From Camelus dromedarius (Eukaryota), in assembly GCF_036321535.1 (NCBI RefSeq), contig NC_087447.1, positions 33,296,001 to 33,360,000 on the forward strand: a stretch of DNA of 64,000 nt, given 5' to 3'. The notes beneath the pieces are model-generated. The model saw nothing but the letters and a program-made list of their open reading frames with translations, did not search any database and was not told the DNA's origin. A program made the position numbers and the translations under genes. This document shows positions 1 to 12,177 of the stretch, one piece after another; positions within the stretch are counted from its first letter, which is position 1; the number at the start of each line of letters is the position of its first letter.

Positions 1-1290
1 GGGCTGGGGCAATAAACACAACAGACACAAATTCCTGCTTTCATGCTGCTTACCGTCTACTGTTAAGTAAGTTGTACGCTGTTTTAGACGGTGATGATTG
101 CTGTGGAGAAGGTGAAAGCAGAGAAGGGAGTGGGGATGATGTGCAATTTTTTTTCTTGTTTACCTTGAATTTTTTTTTTAATAATCAACATCAATCAAAG
201 TGCCATATGGCTTTTGGTTTTTTACAATTTGATGTATTTTGATAGATGTATACACCAATAAAACCACCACCACAATCAAGATAGCTAACACTTCCATCAC
301 TCCCCAAGAGGGAAGTGCAATTTTAAGTAGACCTGACTGATTTGACAACATATGAGAAAAAAAAAAATTGAAGAGGTGAGTGAGTGAGTCATAGAGAGGA
401 AAAAGCCATCGCAAAGGCCCAAGGGAGAGCCTTGTCTGGTATGTTGGCAGATCAGCAAGGAGGTCGGGTTGGCAGGAAGAGGCTAAGGATGGGGAAGATT
501 AGGAGCAGATGAGATGTGGAGGTAAGGATGTCGTCCACTAGGTAGGGCTTTGAGGCTTGGCTCTTACACAGAGTGAATGACGAAGCCGCTGAAGAGGTCT
601 GGGAACCTAAGTGACATGGTCTGATCCATCCTCTAACTGGATCCCATAAGCAGTTGTGTGCAGAAGAGACCACGAGGCGTGCAGGAGCAGAAACAGAGAG
701 AGGACGGATGAGACCGCTGCCATCACAGAGGTAACAGCTGATGGTGGCTTAAACCAGATAATGACAATAAAGATGGTACAATGTGGTCCGATAGATTCTG
801 GATATATTTTGAAGGTTGCCTTGACAGGATGTGCGAATGATCCACTGTGCAATGGGAGAGCTAGGAATCAAGGATGACTCTGGTGGTTTTAGCCTGCACA
901 GCTGGAATGGTTGCCTTTCACTGATGGAAAAGACTGAAAGAGAAGCAGGTTGGGGAAGACAGGACACGGGGAATCAAGGAAGCTCGGTTTGAGATCTAAG
1001 TTTTACACGCCTTCTGCACACCAGGTGGTGATATATAAAGTAAGCTGTAGAATACATGACTCTAGGATGGAGGGGTCGGGAGCCCAGATTCCGAGGTAAA
1101 CGTGGGTGGCGTTAGTACAGAGATGCTACTTAATACCCTGAGACAAGGTGATATCACCAGGAAGTGAGTCAGAAGACGAATAGAAGTCCTTAAAGAGAGC
1201 CCTGGACACATCAATGTTGAGATCTCAGGAGGGAGACGAAGAACCAGCCAAAGAGACTGAGAAGAGTTTGTCAGTGAGGAAAACTGGGGG
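1..1290 (-). mobile_element. L2 (L2a-like) LINE remnant, interrupted by an L1 fragment at 151-314
   Basis: Purine-rich sequence resembling the reverse complement of the L2 3' region (e.g. aggaatcaaggatgactctggtggttttagcctg, ggttgcctttcactgatggaaaagactg). Boundaries approximate. Confidence 0.8.
151..314 (-). mobile_element. Old L1M-type 3' end (L1MB-like) with TSD
   Basis: T-rich tail, then ...aaaccaccaccacaatcaagatagctaacacttccatcactccccaa, typical of a reversed L1M 3' UTR. Direct repeat gtgcaatttt at 141-150 and 315-324, the second followed by aa (TTTT/AA endonuclease site). Confidence 0.75.
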
Positions 1291-1374
1291 AGACATATAC
1301 ACCCTCAGCTCCTTTTAGATTGAAATCACTCGAGTTATGTACACCCCCACGCATCTATCCACCTAGGATGTCAA

Positions 1375-1620
1375 CACAGTTGAGAACATGAACTTCAGAA
1401 TGAGCTAATCTGGATTCAAATCCAGATTCTTCCACTAACCAGGCCTTTGATGCTGGGAAGTTATTTAAGCTTCCTGAGTTTCTGCTTCCTTGGCTATAAA
1501 ATGAAGAGAATAATGCCCACTTCCCAGGATTGCAAGGAATAAATGAGACTTTGCATACAAAGTCTAGGGCTGGGTACCCAAGATGCTTAACAAAGAATGG
1601 CTACAGTTTCTGTAATTATT
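1375..1620 (+). mobile_element. MIR SINE
   Basis: ctggattcaaatccagattcttccact...gggaagttatttaagcttcctgagtttctgcttcctt...taaaatgaagagaataatg resembles the MIR B-box and core. Confidence 0.8.
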
Positions 1621-1844
1621 ACTCACTAAGTACTTTTCCAGAATCCACAGTGGATGCAAATAGCCCCATGTATGAAGCACTCGGAACAGAGTAAAATCTA
1701 GTAGAGAATAAAAGATGATACATGGGAATTTCAAAAACCTTCTATAGACCATGGTCCCCAAGACAAGCTCTTTGAAAGAAGTGACCTTTTCCGGCTGATT
1801 TACACAGTCTCCTTTGCAAGTGGGACAAGCATGATGGCACTCAA

Positions 1845-1887
1845 GAATGAATGAATGAATGAATGAATGAATGAATGAATGAATGAA
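1845..1887 (+). repeat. (GAAT)10 microsatellite
   Basis: Ten perfect gaat units plus gaa, read directly. Confidence 0.95.
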
Positions 1888-4252
1888 GAGAATGACGTGA
1901 AGAAACACTGAGTATGTGCAAAAAGGGAGCACTGGGAGTTGAAACAGACAGAGAACGCTTCATTAATAGCATGGGGGAAAAGGTTTAGGTCATTTTTTCC
2001 TGGTGAATGAACCAAAATGTACATAAAAAGGAAAGATGAAAGAGGGGGGTTTAAAAGAGTCTGGATTATTAAGAACTACAGCATTGGGAGTACTGAATAA
2101 GCCTTAGCACCTACACACAGCATCCTGTTGCCTTTCTAAGTCCTGTTTTAGGAACTTTTGTTTGTTTCACATTTGTCACTCACAGAATGCAATCTCCTTC
2201 ACTTGTGAATAATAAAAATAAAAGCAAACAGTCACTGAGTTCTAACTTGTGCCAGGCACTCTTGGAGGCAATCTACACACAGCTACTCCTGCAAGACAGA
2301 CACTACTGTTAGTACTGACAGATGAAGACGCTGGGAACCACACAATTGTGACTAACACGACTAAGTGGCAGAGCCGGGACTGAGCCCTTACTGTTAGAGT
2401 GGGTTCTGCAGGGACTGAGTCCATAGGTATACTGACAAGTTTCCAAGAATCCGTTAGGTAAAACAAACAAACAAACAAAAAGCACAAAACAGCATTTAGT
2501 CAGTTAATGATAAAGATGATAATTAATATTATTCCCCTGACTTACTTGATTTTAAGTAAAGCCATTTTTCTAAGTTGGTTTCATAGTCCAGATCTTTGTG
2601 AATGAATGAATGAACAAAATACACCAACACATTCCTAAAGTACCTGAATCTCTGAGTGAAAGTGAACGTGTCTGTTCTTGGTCTGGAACATCAAAACATC
2701 TCTAGGTCTTTTTTCTTCTCTCTGAAGGATGAGAATTGTTATTCCTTTTGAGAACTAAATAGCCATCTTTATTTGTAAGAAGGATTTTGAAAAATATTTG
2801 CACCTGTTTGGAGAGAGCAGCTACTATGCAATGCCGCCTCGCCTTAGAGCAATGCTTAGTGATTAGTAATATGTGTACAAAATGAAAAAAAGAAAAGAAA
2901 ATGTGGTGCACTAAAATCCAGCAAAGCAACTGAGTAGAATGCCACGCATGGCTCTTTTCCCTAGCATGATGAGCCGGAACAAAGATGCCGTGCCCATCAC
3001 CTGTGTGCATGCAGCCAGGAGGTGGGGCTTCATGGGACAAGTGTCATGCACTGTCCTTATCAGCATGTCCCATGGTACAGTATCTCTCAGACGATGGCAC
3101 ACAGGGCCAGCAGGGTTGTACACTACCAAATTTCTAAGTCTTCAGACTCAGAGGAAGTTTATTTTTCTAGGTAGGGACTATTTTTTCCCCACTGGCCTTT
3201 AAATTTGCAGTTTCATAGCCTTAAAAAATAAATCAGCAGCATTAGATATTCTCTGATTTGCAAAGTGATAGATGTGCATGGTAGGACACTTGGAAAATAC
3301 AAACACACAAAGATAAAATAAGAGTTATTCGTATTGCCACTCCCCAGCAGTAACCGCTCAGAGTCACAGAATTTAAAAATTAGACTACAGTGAAACCAAC
3401 ACAAGTGATTCGGAGGAATGACAGGGTTGTGGCTGACCATATAGTTTCTTCCAGTGTTCTTTTACCATGACTATAAAGTCATTTTGTGAGTCTATCTGTT
3501 TTTTATGGGCAGGGAGGTATTAGGGCTTAGTTCCAATTCTCTACAGTGAGACAATTAAGGCTTAAAGGAGGAGAATGACTTGCTCAAGACCACACAACTG
3601 CTTATTTGAACAGAACCGGACTGCAGGCTGTCTAGCACCAGGTTCAGCCCTCTCTATACTAAACTCTCCAAGGGGAAATCCCACCATTACATATATTCAT
3701 GACTTTGGCTCTTTATGACTTTTCCTTTGCAACGGAGCCCTATAAATCTGAAATATCCTAGGAAGGGAGGAAGAGCTTAAGCTTTGGGTTACAAAATTTC
3801 AGTGAGTTATCTTTCCAGATGCAGCCCCTCAAGGGAGCCAGAGGACCCTGACAAGTAACCCTTCATGGCACCCCTCAGCCCAGGACTCTTCTTGCCTATC
3901 ACAGCCCCAAGGATTCTGCCTGCTTTCTTTTACATCTTAAACTCTACCACCCTCCTCTCTTCTCCTGGGTTTAATACTAATCATATCAACAATTTATTGA
4001 GTGTTTAATATATGCCAGGCACCATATTATACATTAGCCCGTATGACTGCCTTGTGTTCAGTTTACTGTCTCTATTCCATAGACACAGAAAGAGAGAAGG
4101 CATATCTCCAAGGTCACAGACAAGTGTGAAACCCAGATTTGAGTCTGGGACTGCCCAATTCTAAACTCCGTCTTCTCCCTTCTGCATACTGAGAAGGATG
4201 AAGTCTTCCAGTGTCTTCCACCATGAGTGCTCTTAAAACCTTTTTCATATTA

Positions 4253-4900
4253 AGAGTTACCATATGATCCAGCAGTCCTACTCCTGGGCATATAGCTAGA
4301 GGAAACTCTAATCTGAAAAAGATACATGCAACCCCAATGTTCGTAGCAGCACTATTTACAATAGCCAACACATGGAAGCAAACTAAATGCTTGTCAACAG
4401 ATGACTGGATCAATAAGTTGTAGCATACATGTACAATGGAATACTACTCAGCCATAAAAAAAAAGAATGAAATAACACCATTGGAAGCAACATGGATAGA
4501 CCTGGAGCTCGTCATTCTAAGTGAAGTAAGCCAAAAAGAGAAAGAAAAGTATCATGTCACTTATTTGTAGAGTCTAAAAAAAGGACACAAGTGAATTTAT
4601 TTACAAAACAAAAACAGATTTATAGACACAGAAAACAAATATGTTACCAGAAGGAAATGGGGTGGAGAGGAATAAATTGGGAGTTCTGGATTTGCAGATA
4701 CTACTATATATAAAATGGATAAACAGCAAGGTCTTACTGTACAGCACAGGGAACTATATTCAATACCTTGTAATAGCTACAATGAAAAAAATGTGAAAAG
4801 GAATGTGTGTGTGTGTGTGTATATACATATATAAAAAACTGCATCACAATGCTGTACATCAGAAACTAACACACTGAAAATCGACTATACTTCAATAAAA
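4253..4900 (+). mobile_element. Cetartiodactyl-type L1 3' end (ORF2 tail and 3' UTR)
   Basis: agagttaccatatgatccagcagtcctactcctgggcatata...gtacagcacagggaactatattcaat...atacttcaataaaa. No clear TSD. Confidence 0.9.
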
Positions 4901-5099
4901 TGTTATTTGGATCACTATGGAAAAATCAGATAGAAAAATCAAAACAATCAATAGAACTTCAGACTTAAATAGTCTTGATTTCAAGGATTAGCAACCCAAT
5001 TTAGTGGCTGTGCATCCTGCCCTTCGGCAAATCACTTGAATTGTGGAACATAATTTCCTTTTCTCCAGTTAGGAGGACTTGAGTATCTTCCTCGAACCC

Positions 5100-5237
5100 A
5101 TGATGACCATCAAATTAGTCATTCAAACCTGTAATCTTTTGAAAGTGAGAGGGGGTACTGTTAATAACTTTGGTGAGACAAACGGGTGGGGCAATAAAGG
5201 CAGACTTGCCAAGGCAGATCAGTACATCTGTTCCTCT
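5100..5237 (+). mobile_element. hAT-Blackjack-type MITE (MER94/MER81-like)
   Basis: gatgaccatcaaattagtcattcaaacc...ttttgaaagtgagagggggtactgttaataa resembles the remembered consensus. Confidence 0.55.
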
Positions 5238-5347
5238 GTAGATAAGGATGTCACCTTATCAGAACCTCCTAATCCGCTCGGCATACAGTTGAGGGGTGCA
5301 GTGTAATCGATTCCCTTTTGTTCTGTGTAAATGAAGCATCGAGCAGC

Positions 5348-5547
5348 ACAGGGGTTTTTCAATCAGGGGCGATGTCACCTCTCAGAGAACACCTGGTAAC
5401 ATCTGGAGACATTCTGCTTGTCACAACTAGCGGAGGAATGCTATTGGTGTCAGGCAGGCAGAAGTTGGATATGCAACCACCCTACAACGCACAGGACAAG
5501 CCCTTACCAAAAAAATAAGGCAATTATGCTAAGGTGGAGAAACCCCA
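5348..5547 (+). mobile_element. MER20 (hAT-Charlie)
   Basis: caggggtttttcaatcaggggcgat...atctggagacattctgcttgtcacaact...cctacaacgcacaggacaagccc...aaggtggagaaaccc. Confidence 0.85.
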
Positions 5548-7204
5548 AAATGCACTATCATTAAGGCAATAGAAGGGAAGATAGAAAGAGTCTAACGTCA
5601 AGGACTGAAGTGCACCCAGCTTCTTATAGTTTCATCCTGGGTCAGCCCAGACATGGTGCTAATGAAATCAGTCCCCCTGGAATTCAAGAGAAATGGTACA
5701 TTCTTTTGATAGACTATAAACAAATTTGCAAACGGGCCTATCACCACTCTGATAGTACCTTCTCCCATCTCAGAGGCAGCTTGCTCTGCAAGGAAACAAG
5801 AGGGAAAGTACCGCGCAAGAATGCAATCTGCAGACATTCAAAGAACAGCAGCGCGCGAGCAGTCAACACAGGTGCTTCTCTAAAGGCGTAAAATTGTAAT
5901 TAGCAGTAATAAAGCCTTCATCTGACTTGCTGTCTCTAGGATGTGCTCTGATGATGAAATAAGTTTAATTTTTCAGCCCCGTGCCTAAAAAGAAGCAACT
6001 ATTTGGGGGAACCAAAGTTCTCTGAGGGAGAATGAGCAATTATCCACAAAGGTAGGGGCCATAATTAATTGATCATTCACTCGCATTTTCATACTCTCAG
6101 ATAAACATGAAAGAGAGATTAAAGCTTCAAAGGCTCTGTTCAGATCGATACCCACCCCCACCCCCAGCCCCACCAGGCAAGGCTTCCACATTCAGTTGTT
6201 TCCTTCAGCATGTGCAGCGTGGCTCCAGAGACGGGCTGTAAGGCTGGATATGTAAACACATTTATCTCAACTCTTAAGGCAAATGTAGCTCATTAAAATA
6301 TAGTTACAGGCAAAAGACATAATCCCTCTTTCTCTGTAGAAAGGGCACTTTGTAGTTTGGGTTCCCTTCTGAAGGTCTAAAAACTCCAGGAAAGAGAGGT
6401 TTTTTTTATCCCTAAGTTTCTCTCTGCCCTCTCAGCCAGCCAATCTCTACGAGGAGAGGTTTGTTTTTCCCCGATCATCCTGAGAGTGAACAAGTTCAAA
6501 CAGCTCCACAGATCACTGCTGTTCGGTACCATGTCCAGCTGGTCTACTGCACCAGCTCCCAAAATTAGTGGCTGTTTTGGGGCCTCCTACAGTGGTATTT
6601 CTTCCAAGCAGGAAAGGGATAAAAGGAGTGTGTTCAGAGCCCCCCCATACACACACAACACACAATGATGTCTCTTCTGATACAAGTCTATTTATCAAGG
6701 CAGGAAAAGTGGAGACAGATAAGCAGGAGGGATGTCTTCCTGTTCCTGCAGCTCAGGGAGATAAATTCAAAGTGACACCAAGCAGGAGACCGAACAGCTC
6801 AGATGTGGAGAAGATTCAAGAGATAAACCATCCTGAGTTGAGACAATAAGAAGTTTCTGCTTTCTACCTGGAAAGCCCTTCTCCCCAGCTGCTTTGTCTT
6901 CTGTTAAAAACTAACCTTTCAAAAAGAAAAACACACAAACTTTCTTCCCAGATGGACTCAGACAGAATTAACCACTCCTGCAGGAGAATGTATATAGCAC
7001 TATTATATTCATTGGGCAACACGAATAATGTACTTAAATGCCTATGAGTATGTTTAGAGCATCCTTAAAAAATTTCCTACTGTCCAGCACTGTGTCTGTC
7101 ACAAAATAAAGCACAAAGTTTCGACCAACTGAGTTGAAATGATATGGGAACCATACAGTGATGCTATGAACGCATGTGCTGGCTCTGGGGTAGAGTCGAA
7201 TACA

Positions 7205-7455
7205 TAATGGTTAAGTTCTCTTAAGCACTTACTAAGTGCCAAACACCATTCTAGGTGCTTTGGTAGTTGGCATGATAGTATTACTTCCACTTATTAATTG
7301 GACTACAACCAAGAACGATGGGTCCTCATATCTCCATTTTAAAGTCAAGCAAGTGAAGGCACAGAGAGTTGTCTAGGGTCACATGACTAACACACAACAG
7401 GTCAGGATGCAAAGCAGGCACTCTGTCTCTAAAGTCCATATTCTTAACCAGTAGT
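7205..7455 (-). mobile_element. MIR SINE
   Basis: agcacttactaagtgccaaacaccattctagg...tctccattttaaag...gaaggcacagagagtt...ggtcacatgact. Confidence 0.7.
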
Positions 7456-7717
7456 CTGTATCGACGGAAGAGACTATTTCAGGGTGAACAATGGGCAGAG
7501 TTTAGTCTAATGCAAGCTCATGTCATAAGCAGGTACTGAGCCCATTGAGTTAAAAACCTGGAGAAGACTTCAGGAGTTGGGTCTGGGGCTAAACAAAGAA
7601 ACGGCCCTCAGGCAGGCCACTCAGAGCAGGCACCTGCTCTGGGCTGTCTGCAGCCTAATGGCTGCTGCCATCCTGAATAGTCCTGGAGCTCTGCAACAGC
7701 GCTAAAGAGGATACATA

Positions 7718-7928
7718 AGTATTTCTCAACTACAGAACTACCGGTACCTAGGAACAGGTAATTCTTCATTGTAGAGGGCTTGTCCTGTGCACTGTGGGCT
7801 GTTTAGCAGCATCCCTGGACTCTGTCCACTAAATGCCGGTAGCATCTCCCAATTGTAACAAACAAAAATGTCTCCAGACAGTATCAAATGTCCCCTGGAG
7901 GCAAAATCACCCCCAGTCAAAAACCACT
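7718..7928 (-). mobile_element. MER20 (hAT-Charlie), opposite orientation to the 5348 copy
   Basis: tgtcctgtgcactgtgggctgtttagcagcatccctgg...aaaaatgtctccagaca...aaatgtcccctggaggcaaaatcacccccagt...aaccact. Confidence 0.9.
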
Positions 7929-8167
7929 AAAACACATGTACGCCCTAACCAAAGAAAAACGACTCACAGAATATAAAATGACCCTACCTCCCCTGCTGTC
8001 ATCAGAGTAAACCATACTCTGCCTGGAATGACAAGAAATTCTTAAACCGCTCTCCCACTACTGGATATTGACAGGATAGGCTGTGGTGTTAAAGTTCAGC
8101 AGTGTCTTACTGCTGGGGAGTCTACGTTTCCTGCGTAATAGGTCACTCGTTTAGAGGAGAGGAAATA

Positions 8168-8398
8168 CAGTTGACCTTTGAACACCATTATGGTTAGGGT
8201 CACCAACTGTGCACAGCTGGAAATCTGCATGTAAATTATATGCAGCTCCTCCATATCAGTGGTTCCTCTCTATCCACAGTTCTGCATTCATGGATTCAAT
8301 AACCAGGAATGTGCAGTACTGTAGTATCTACCACCGAAAAAATTCCGCGTGTAAGTGGACTTGAAGTGTTCAATCTTGTGTTGTTCCAAAGTCAACTG
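8168..8398. mobile_element. Tigger2/MER8-type TcMar MITE
   Basis: Terminal inverted repeats cagttgacctttgaacacca and tgttgttccaaagtcaactg, with TA on both sides (8166-8167, 8399-8400). Confidence 0.88.
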
Positions 8399-9369
8399 TA
8401 CTGGTAGTCTTGCCCTGGAACTAGAATGCCCTTAATCACACTAATATTCCCCAGGCAGTAAGAAGAGCAATTATAATCATTCCTATTTACAAGAGCACGC
8501 ACATGAGACTCAGAAAGGTCAAGTGATTTATCCAAAGTCACAAAGCTAGCAAGTGTCAGAGCGAAGACTCAAGCCCAGACCTTTTACGTCAAACCTTATT
8601 GTAACTCCCTGACACCCCCAGAGGAATAAAGCTTTCAAAAGATCAATTAAAGCAGAAAGAAAAGTGAAAACTTCCCAACTGCATTCTGATGACTAAATCA
8701 CCCTGAGTAAAGAGGGGGAGATGGCCAAACATCAGGAATACTTAACACAAAGCAGTATGCAAGAGCTGAAAGGGAGCAGCCTGTGCCAATGGGAAATGCG
8801 TAAGGATGCTGCTACATCATATCCACCTCTAACTTGCACCATTTGGTAAATAATAGATCTGAGCACTCCTGCAGGAAACCTACTTGCTAAAAATTTCTAA
8901 GCACAGCTGAAGAGGTGCTGAAAATATTCATCTTCTCTTGCACCAGCTCATGGGGAAAAAGCAGCACATCAGACACTGGCTTCATCTTCACATCTGCAGC
9001 CAAGAAGCTCTTTCCCTACCAGACAGTCAGGACCCAATGCACCTGCCACCATGAAACTGCCATTGACAATAACTGGCAGACAGAAAGGAAAACAGCAGCC
9101 CCCAAAGAATTAGATATTCTCATAATCAGGAAGATCAAACCCAAACATCTGACACCACGGGACCCACAACAGTGATAGCAACTTGTTCCCAGTCGCTATC
9201 AGTTTAACAGATCAGTCTTTGTGCCCACTGGCCAAAATATGTTGTTCCATGTACTCACACATCGATCTACAGGATGACAGAATCAGTAACGCCACGGCCT
9301 CTAACCCTCATGGCTGAGTGTACTCCTTTGGAAGCTGTGAGGCTCAGGTAGATATGAAAGTGTTCCATC

Positions 9370-10010
9370 AACCATTTGTTAAACACGTATTATTGAAACG
9401 TATCAATCTTACTTCCTGGGCTAAGGATACCAGCAGGAAAAAGAAAAGGTTTTTGACCCAAATATCTTACAGAATAAGAGGAAAGACAAACATGCAAATA
9501 GTTAATTTGGATATTTTGTGGTAAGCCTGACAGGTAAGTTCAAAATGTAACACGTCTAAGGAGAAATACGTGACCAACTGTGTCTAGGATCTCAGAAACC
9601 AGAAGGGATGATGTAAGTGAAGCATTAAAGACAGAGAAGTTAACCAGACAGAGCAGTGGGGAGGCTCTCCCCAGCAGATGGAACGGAACGTGCAAGGGCA
9701 CAGACGTGTGACATACTTGAGTAAGTTACAGAATCCTCAAAAGTTCAGTAGGACAACAGCACAGGCTGTGAGTGGGTTTAAGTGGCCAGCCATGGCCACC
9801 TTTATCTCCCACTCCATGGAACTACTTTCTGCTTTACCCCGTAGACAACAAGGAGCTGCTGACGGTCAGGAGAAGACAAACACGATCAAATGTGCATTGA
9901 GAAATATGTGCTGGAAATGTAAGGAATGGATATATGATGCAAATAAGACAGAAAGCAGAGAACGCTTGCAACAAGGGTGTCTAAGAGCAAGTGGAGCACA
10001 TACTCCAGTG
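9370..10010 (-). mobile_element. L2 LINE remnant
   Basis: Starts with a reversed L2 tail (catcaaccatttgttaaacacgtattattgaa) and continues with degenerate L2 motifs (gaacggaacgtgcaagggcacag, cacgatcaaatgtgcatt). Confidence 0.65.
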
Positions 10011-10146
10011 GGGGATGGGGACATCACATAAAAAATTAATAAACAATGATAAAATATGTTCCAAGAGCTTCAGGCATATACATGTATTTTTCTTTTAATC
10101 CTACAAATTAGTCCTTTTATGATCTGCATTTAACTCATGAGAATAC

Positions 10147-10660
10147 TGTATCAGCCAGAGTTTGATCAGGAAAACAAGCCACTCGATGGATTCCAGGTAT
10201 GGGAAAGAGGATTAACTGAAGGTGTTCACGATTGGAAGGACTAGCAGAGTAAAAGCTGGGAAGCTACCATCAATGACGTCAGACTAGCAATGAAGTCTGT
10301 TATTTCAAGAGCTCACCGGGAAGATACTACAAGTCTAAAGAATCTCCGGGAAGCTTCTACCACTGCTGGGAGCTGCAGCAGCAAACAGATCACTCTCAAG
10401 AACTCACTGGAGAACTGCTGTGGCTCCCACATCCGCCCACGTGTCTGCCTACCACTGCCCCCAGAGGACGGGGCTTCTCCTCTCCTGCCCCCCTGGCACT
10501 CATACAAGTGCCTGTCACTGGCTACCACTAACGGGAAGTCACATGGGACAGGAAAGTCTGGGGAAATGTCTCCTACGTCTCTGTGACACGATGTAAACGG
10601 CGCCTTTAGAAGGGGCCGGCGGTGGTGGTAACAGATCAGTAACACAGAGTCCAGCTGAGA
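10147..10660 (-). mobile_element. Ancient solo LTR (ERVL-class-like, family uncertain) inserted in a MIR
   Basis: Starts tgtatcagccagagtttgatcaggaaaacaagccact, typical of a reversed ancient LTR end. It splits a MIR core (...catgagaatac / cgaggcacagatagcttaggtgactttcccaag). Confidence 0.55.
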
Positions 10661-11588
10661 CACCGAGGCACAGATAGCTTAGGTGACTTTCCCAAGAACA
10701 CCTAAGAGTTGAGACCAGAGAGGTTAAGTAATTTGCCCAGGGTCACAGAACTCCTAACAAGTAAAGCCAGGATCTGGGACCTAGGCAGTCAGATTGCAAG
10801 GCCGACCCATTTAGCCACCACACTGATATGAGACATGAAGGACATTAAGAACCACTGGCGGGTTTCAGATTGGATAACAAATTGAGATGCTGCTAAATTA
10901 AAGCTCTTCAAACTTGATCTTTGGCCCAAATAAGCCAAATGAAACAGGAAAGGAAAAAAAAAAAAAAAAGCTTAAAGGCTAAACTCTTCACTTTAATGGG
11001 ATTCCAGAAAGCTCTTAGTTAGTGGAATCTGGCATTGAAATTTGCAGCACACCTGTGACTTCAGTGGGCTGGAGGAAGTGCTAGGTCAAACCAACGTGAA
11101 AGCTTCCCAAATTTTTGCCCTGGTTAAAAAAAAATCAGTGTACAGAGGAGATACAGAGGTCAGGTCCTGAAGCTGCTCCTCCCCATCTGGAGAGAATGTT
11201 GCCCTAACAGTTCCAGGATAAAATGGCTTTCCAATGAGATTTCTGTAAAACATTACTACCACTACTGCTAATAAATTCAACAGGCAGTATTCCTAACCAT
11301 TCAGAACAATGTGGCTTTTCCATTTCATAGTCCTTTCCTCAAAGCTTTCACCTTGATCAAATTGCTAAGGGACATGAATTTTAAATGTCTCAAGGGTCAG
11401 GTAAAAATGGCTGAAAAGATTGTTTCAAATCTTGTAAAAAGCCTACAACGATCTATCATAAATAAAGCCAATATTTATACCCAACTGGGATCCTTTATAA
11501 TGCTTCACTCATTCATTCATTCAGTGGCTACTCCCCACCTCACGCTTTTGCAGGGTCCAAAGCTCTGAAGACAACGAAGTTACATTCA

Positions 11589-11796
11589 CAGAGACATTTT
11601 TTCAGTAAAGGGCCAGACAGCAGACACTTCTGGCTTTACAAGTCATGTGATCGACTGTTGCAATTACTCAATCCTGCCGTTGTCTGTGAAGCCTTCACAC
11701 CACAAGGTCATGAAGGGGCAGGCTGTTTCCAGTTAAACATATTCATAGACGGTAGTTGATTAAATTTGGCCTGAAGGTTGTACTTTCCCAGTGCTG
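11589..11796 (+). mobile_element. MER58A-like (hAT-Charlie)
   Basis: ttttcagtaaagggccagacagcagacacttctggcttt...tgttgcaattactcaatcctgccgttg...atttggcctgaaggttgtacttt. Confidence 0.75.
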
Positions 11797-11804
11797 CTCT
11801 AGAC

Positions 11805-11989
11805 CATTAGTTTTCAAAGTCTGAATCCCCCAGAAACACCAGCATCACCTGAGGACCTGTTAGCAATGCAAACTCTCAGGCCCCACACAAACCTGCTGAA
11901 TCAGAACCTCTGGGAGCGGGCCTTGGAAGTCTGGGTTTTAGTACCTCCTCCATGTGATTCTGATGCACACTAAAGCCTGGAAACCACAA
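11805..11989 (+). mobile_element. MER5A-like (hAT-Charlie)
   Basis: cagcatcacctgaggacctgttagcaatgcaaactctcaggcccca...tgaatcagaacctctggg...gtgattctgatgcacactaaag. Flanked by ctctagac and gtctagac. Confidence 0.85.
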
Positions 11990-11997
11990 GTCTAGAC

Positions 11998-12177
11998 CTG
12001 CACTGTCCAACACGGCAGCAACAATCAACTGCAGAACTAAGTGTCATTGCTCACAGGCACTAGCCACACTTCACGTGTTCAGTAGCCATACTTCACGTGA
12101 TCAGTAGCCACACGTGGCCGCCGGCTACATATTAAACATACTCCCTTCACTGCAGGAAGTTCTGGTGGACAGCTCTG
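11998..12177. mobile_element. MER3-like (hAT-Charlie)
   Basis: ctgcactgtccaacacggcagc...tagccacacttcacgtgttcagtagcc...cactgcaggaagttctggtggacagctctg. Flanked by gtctagac on both sides. Confidence 0.8.

Noticed and set aside
1564..2024. ORFs with repeated IHSF
   Set aside because: They are translations of the (GAAT)n microsatellite.
5945..6030. C/D snoRNA-like boxes (atgatga ... ctga)
   Set aside because: No terminal stem or recognisable guide, and it lies opposite to the inferred host strand.
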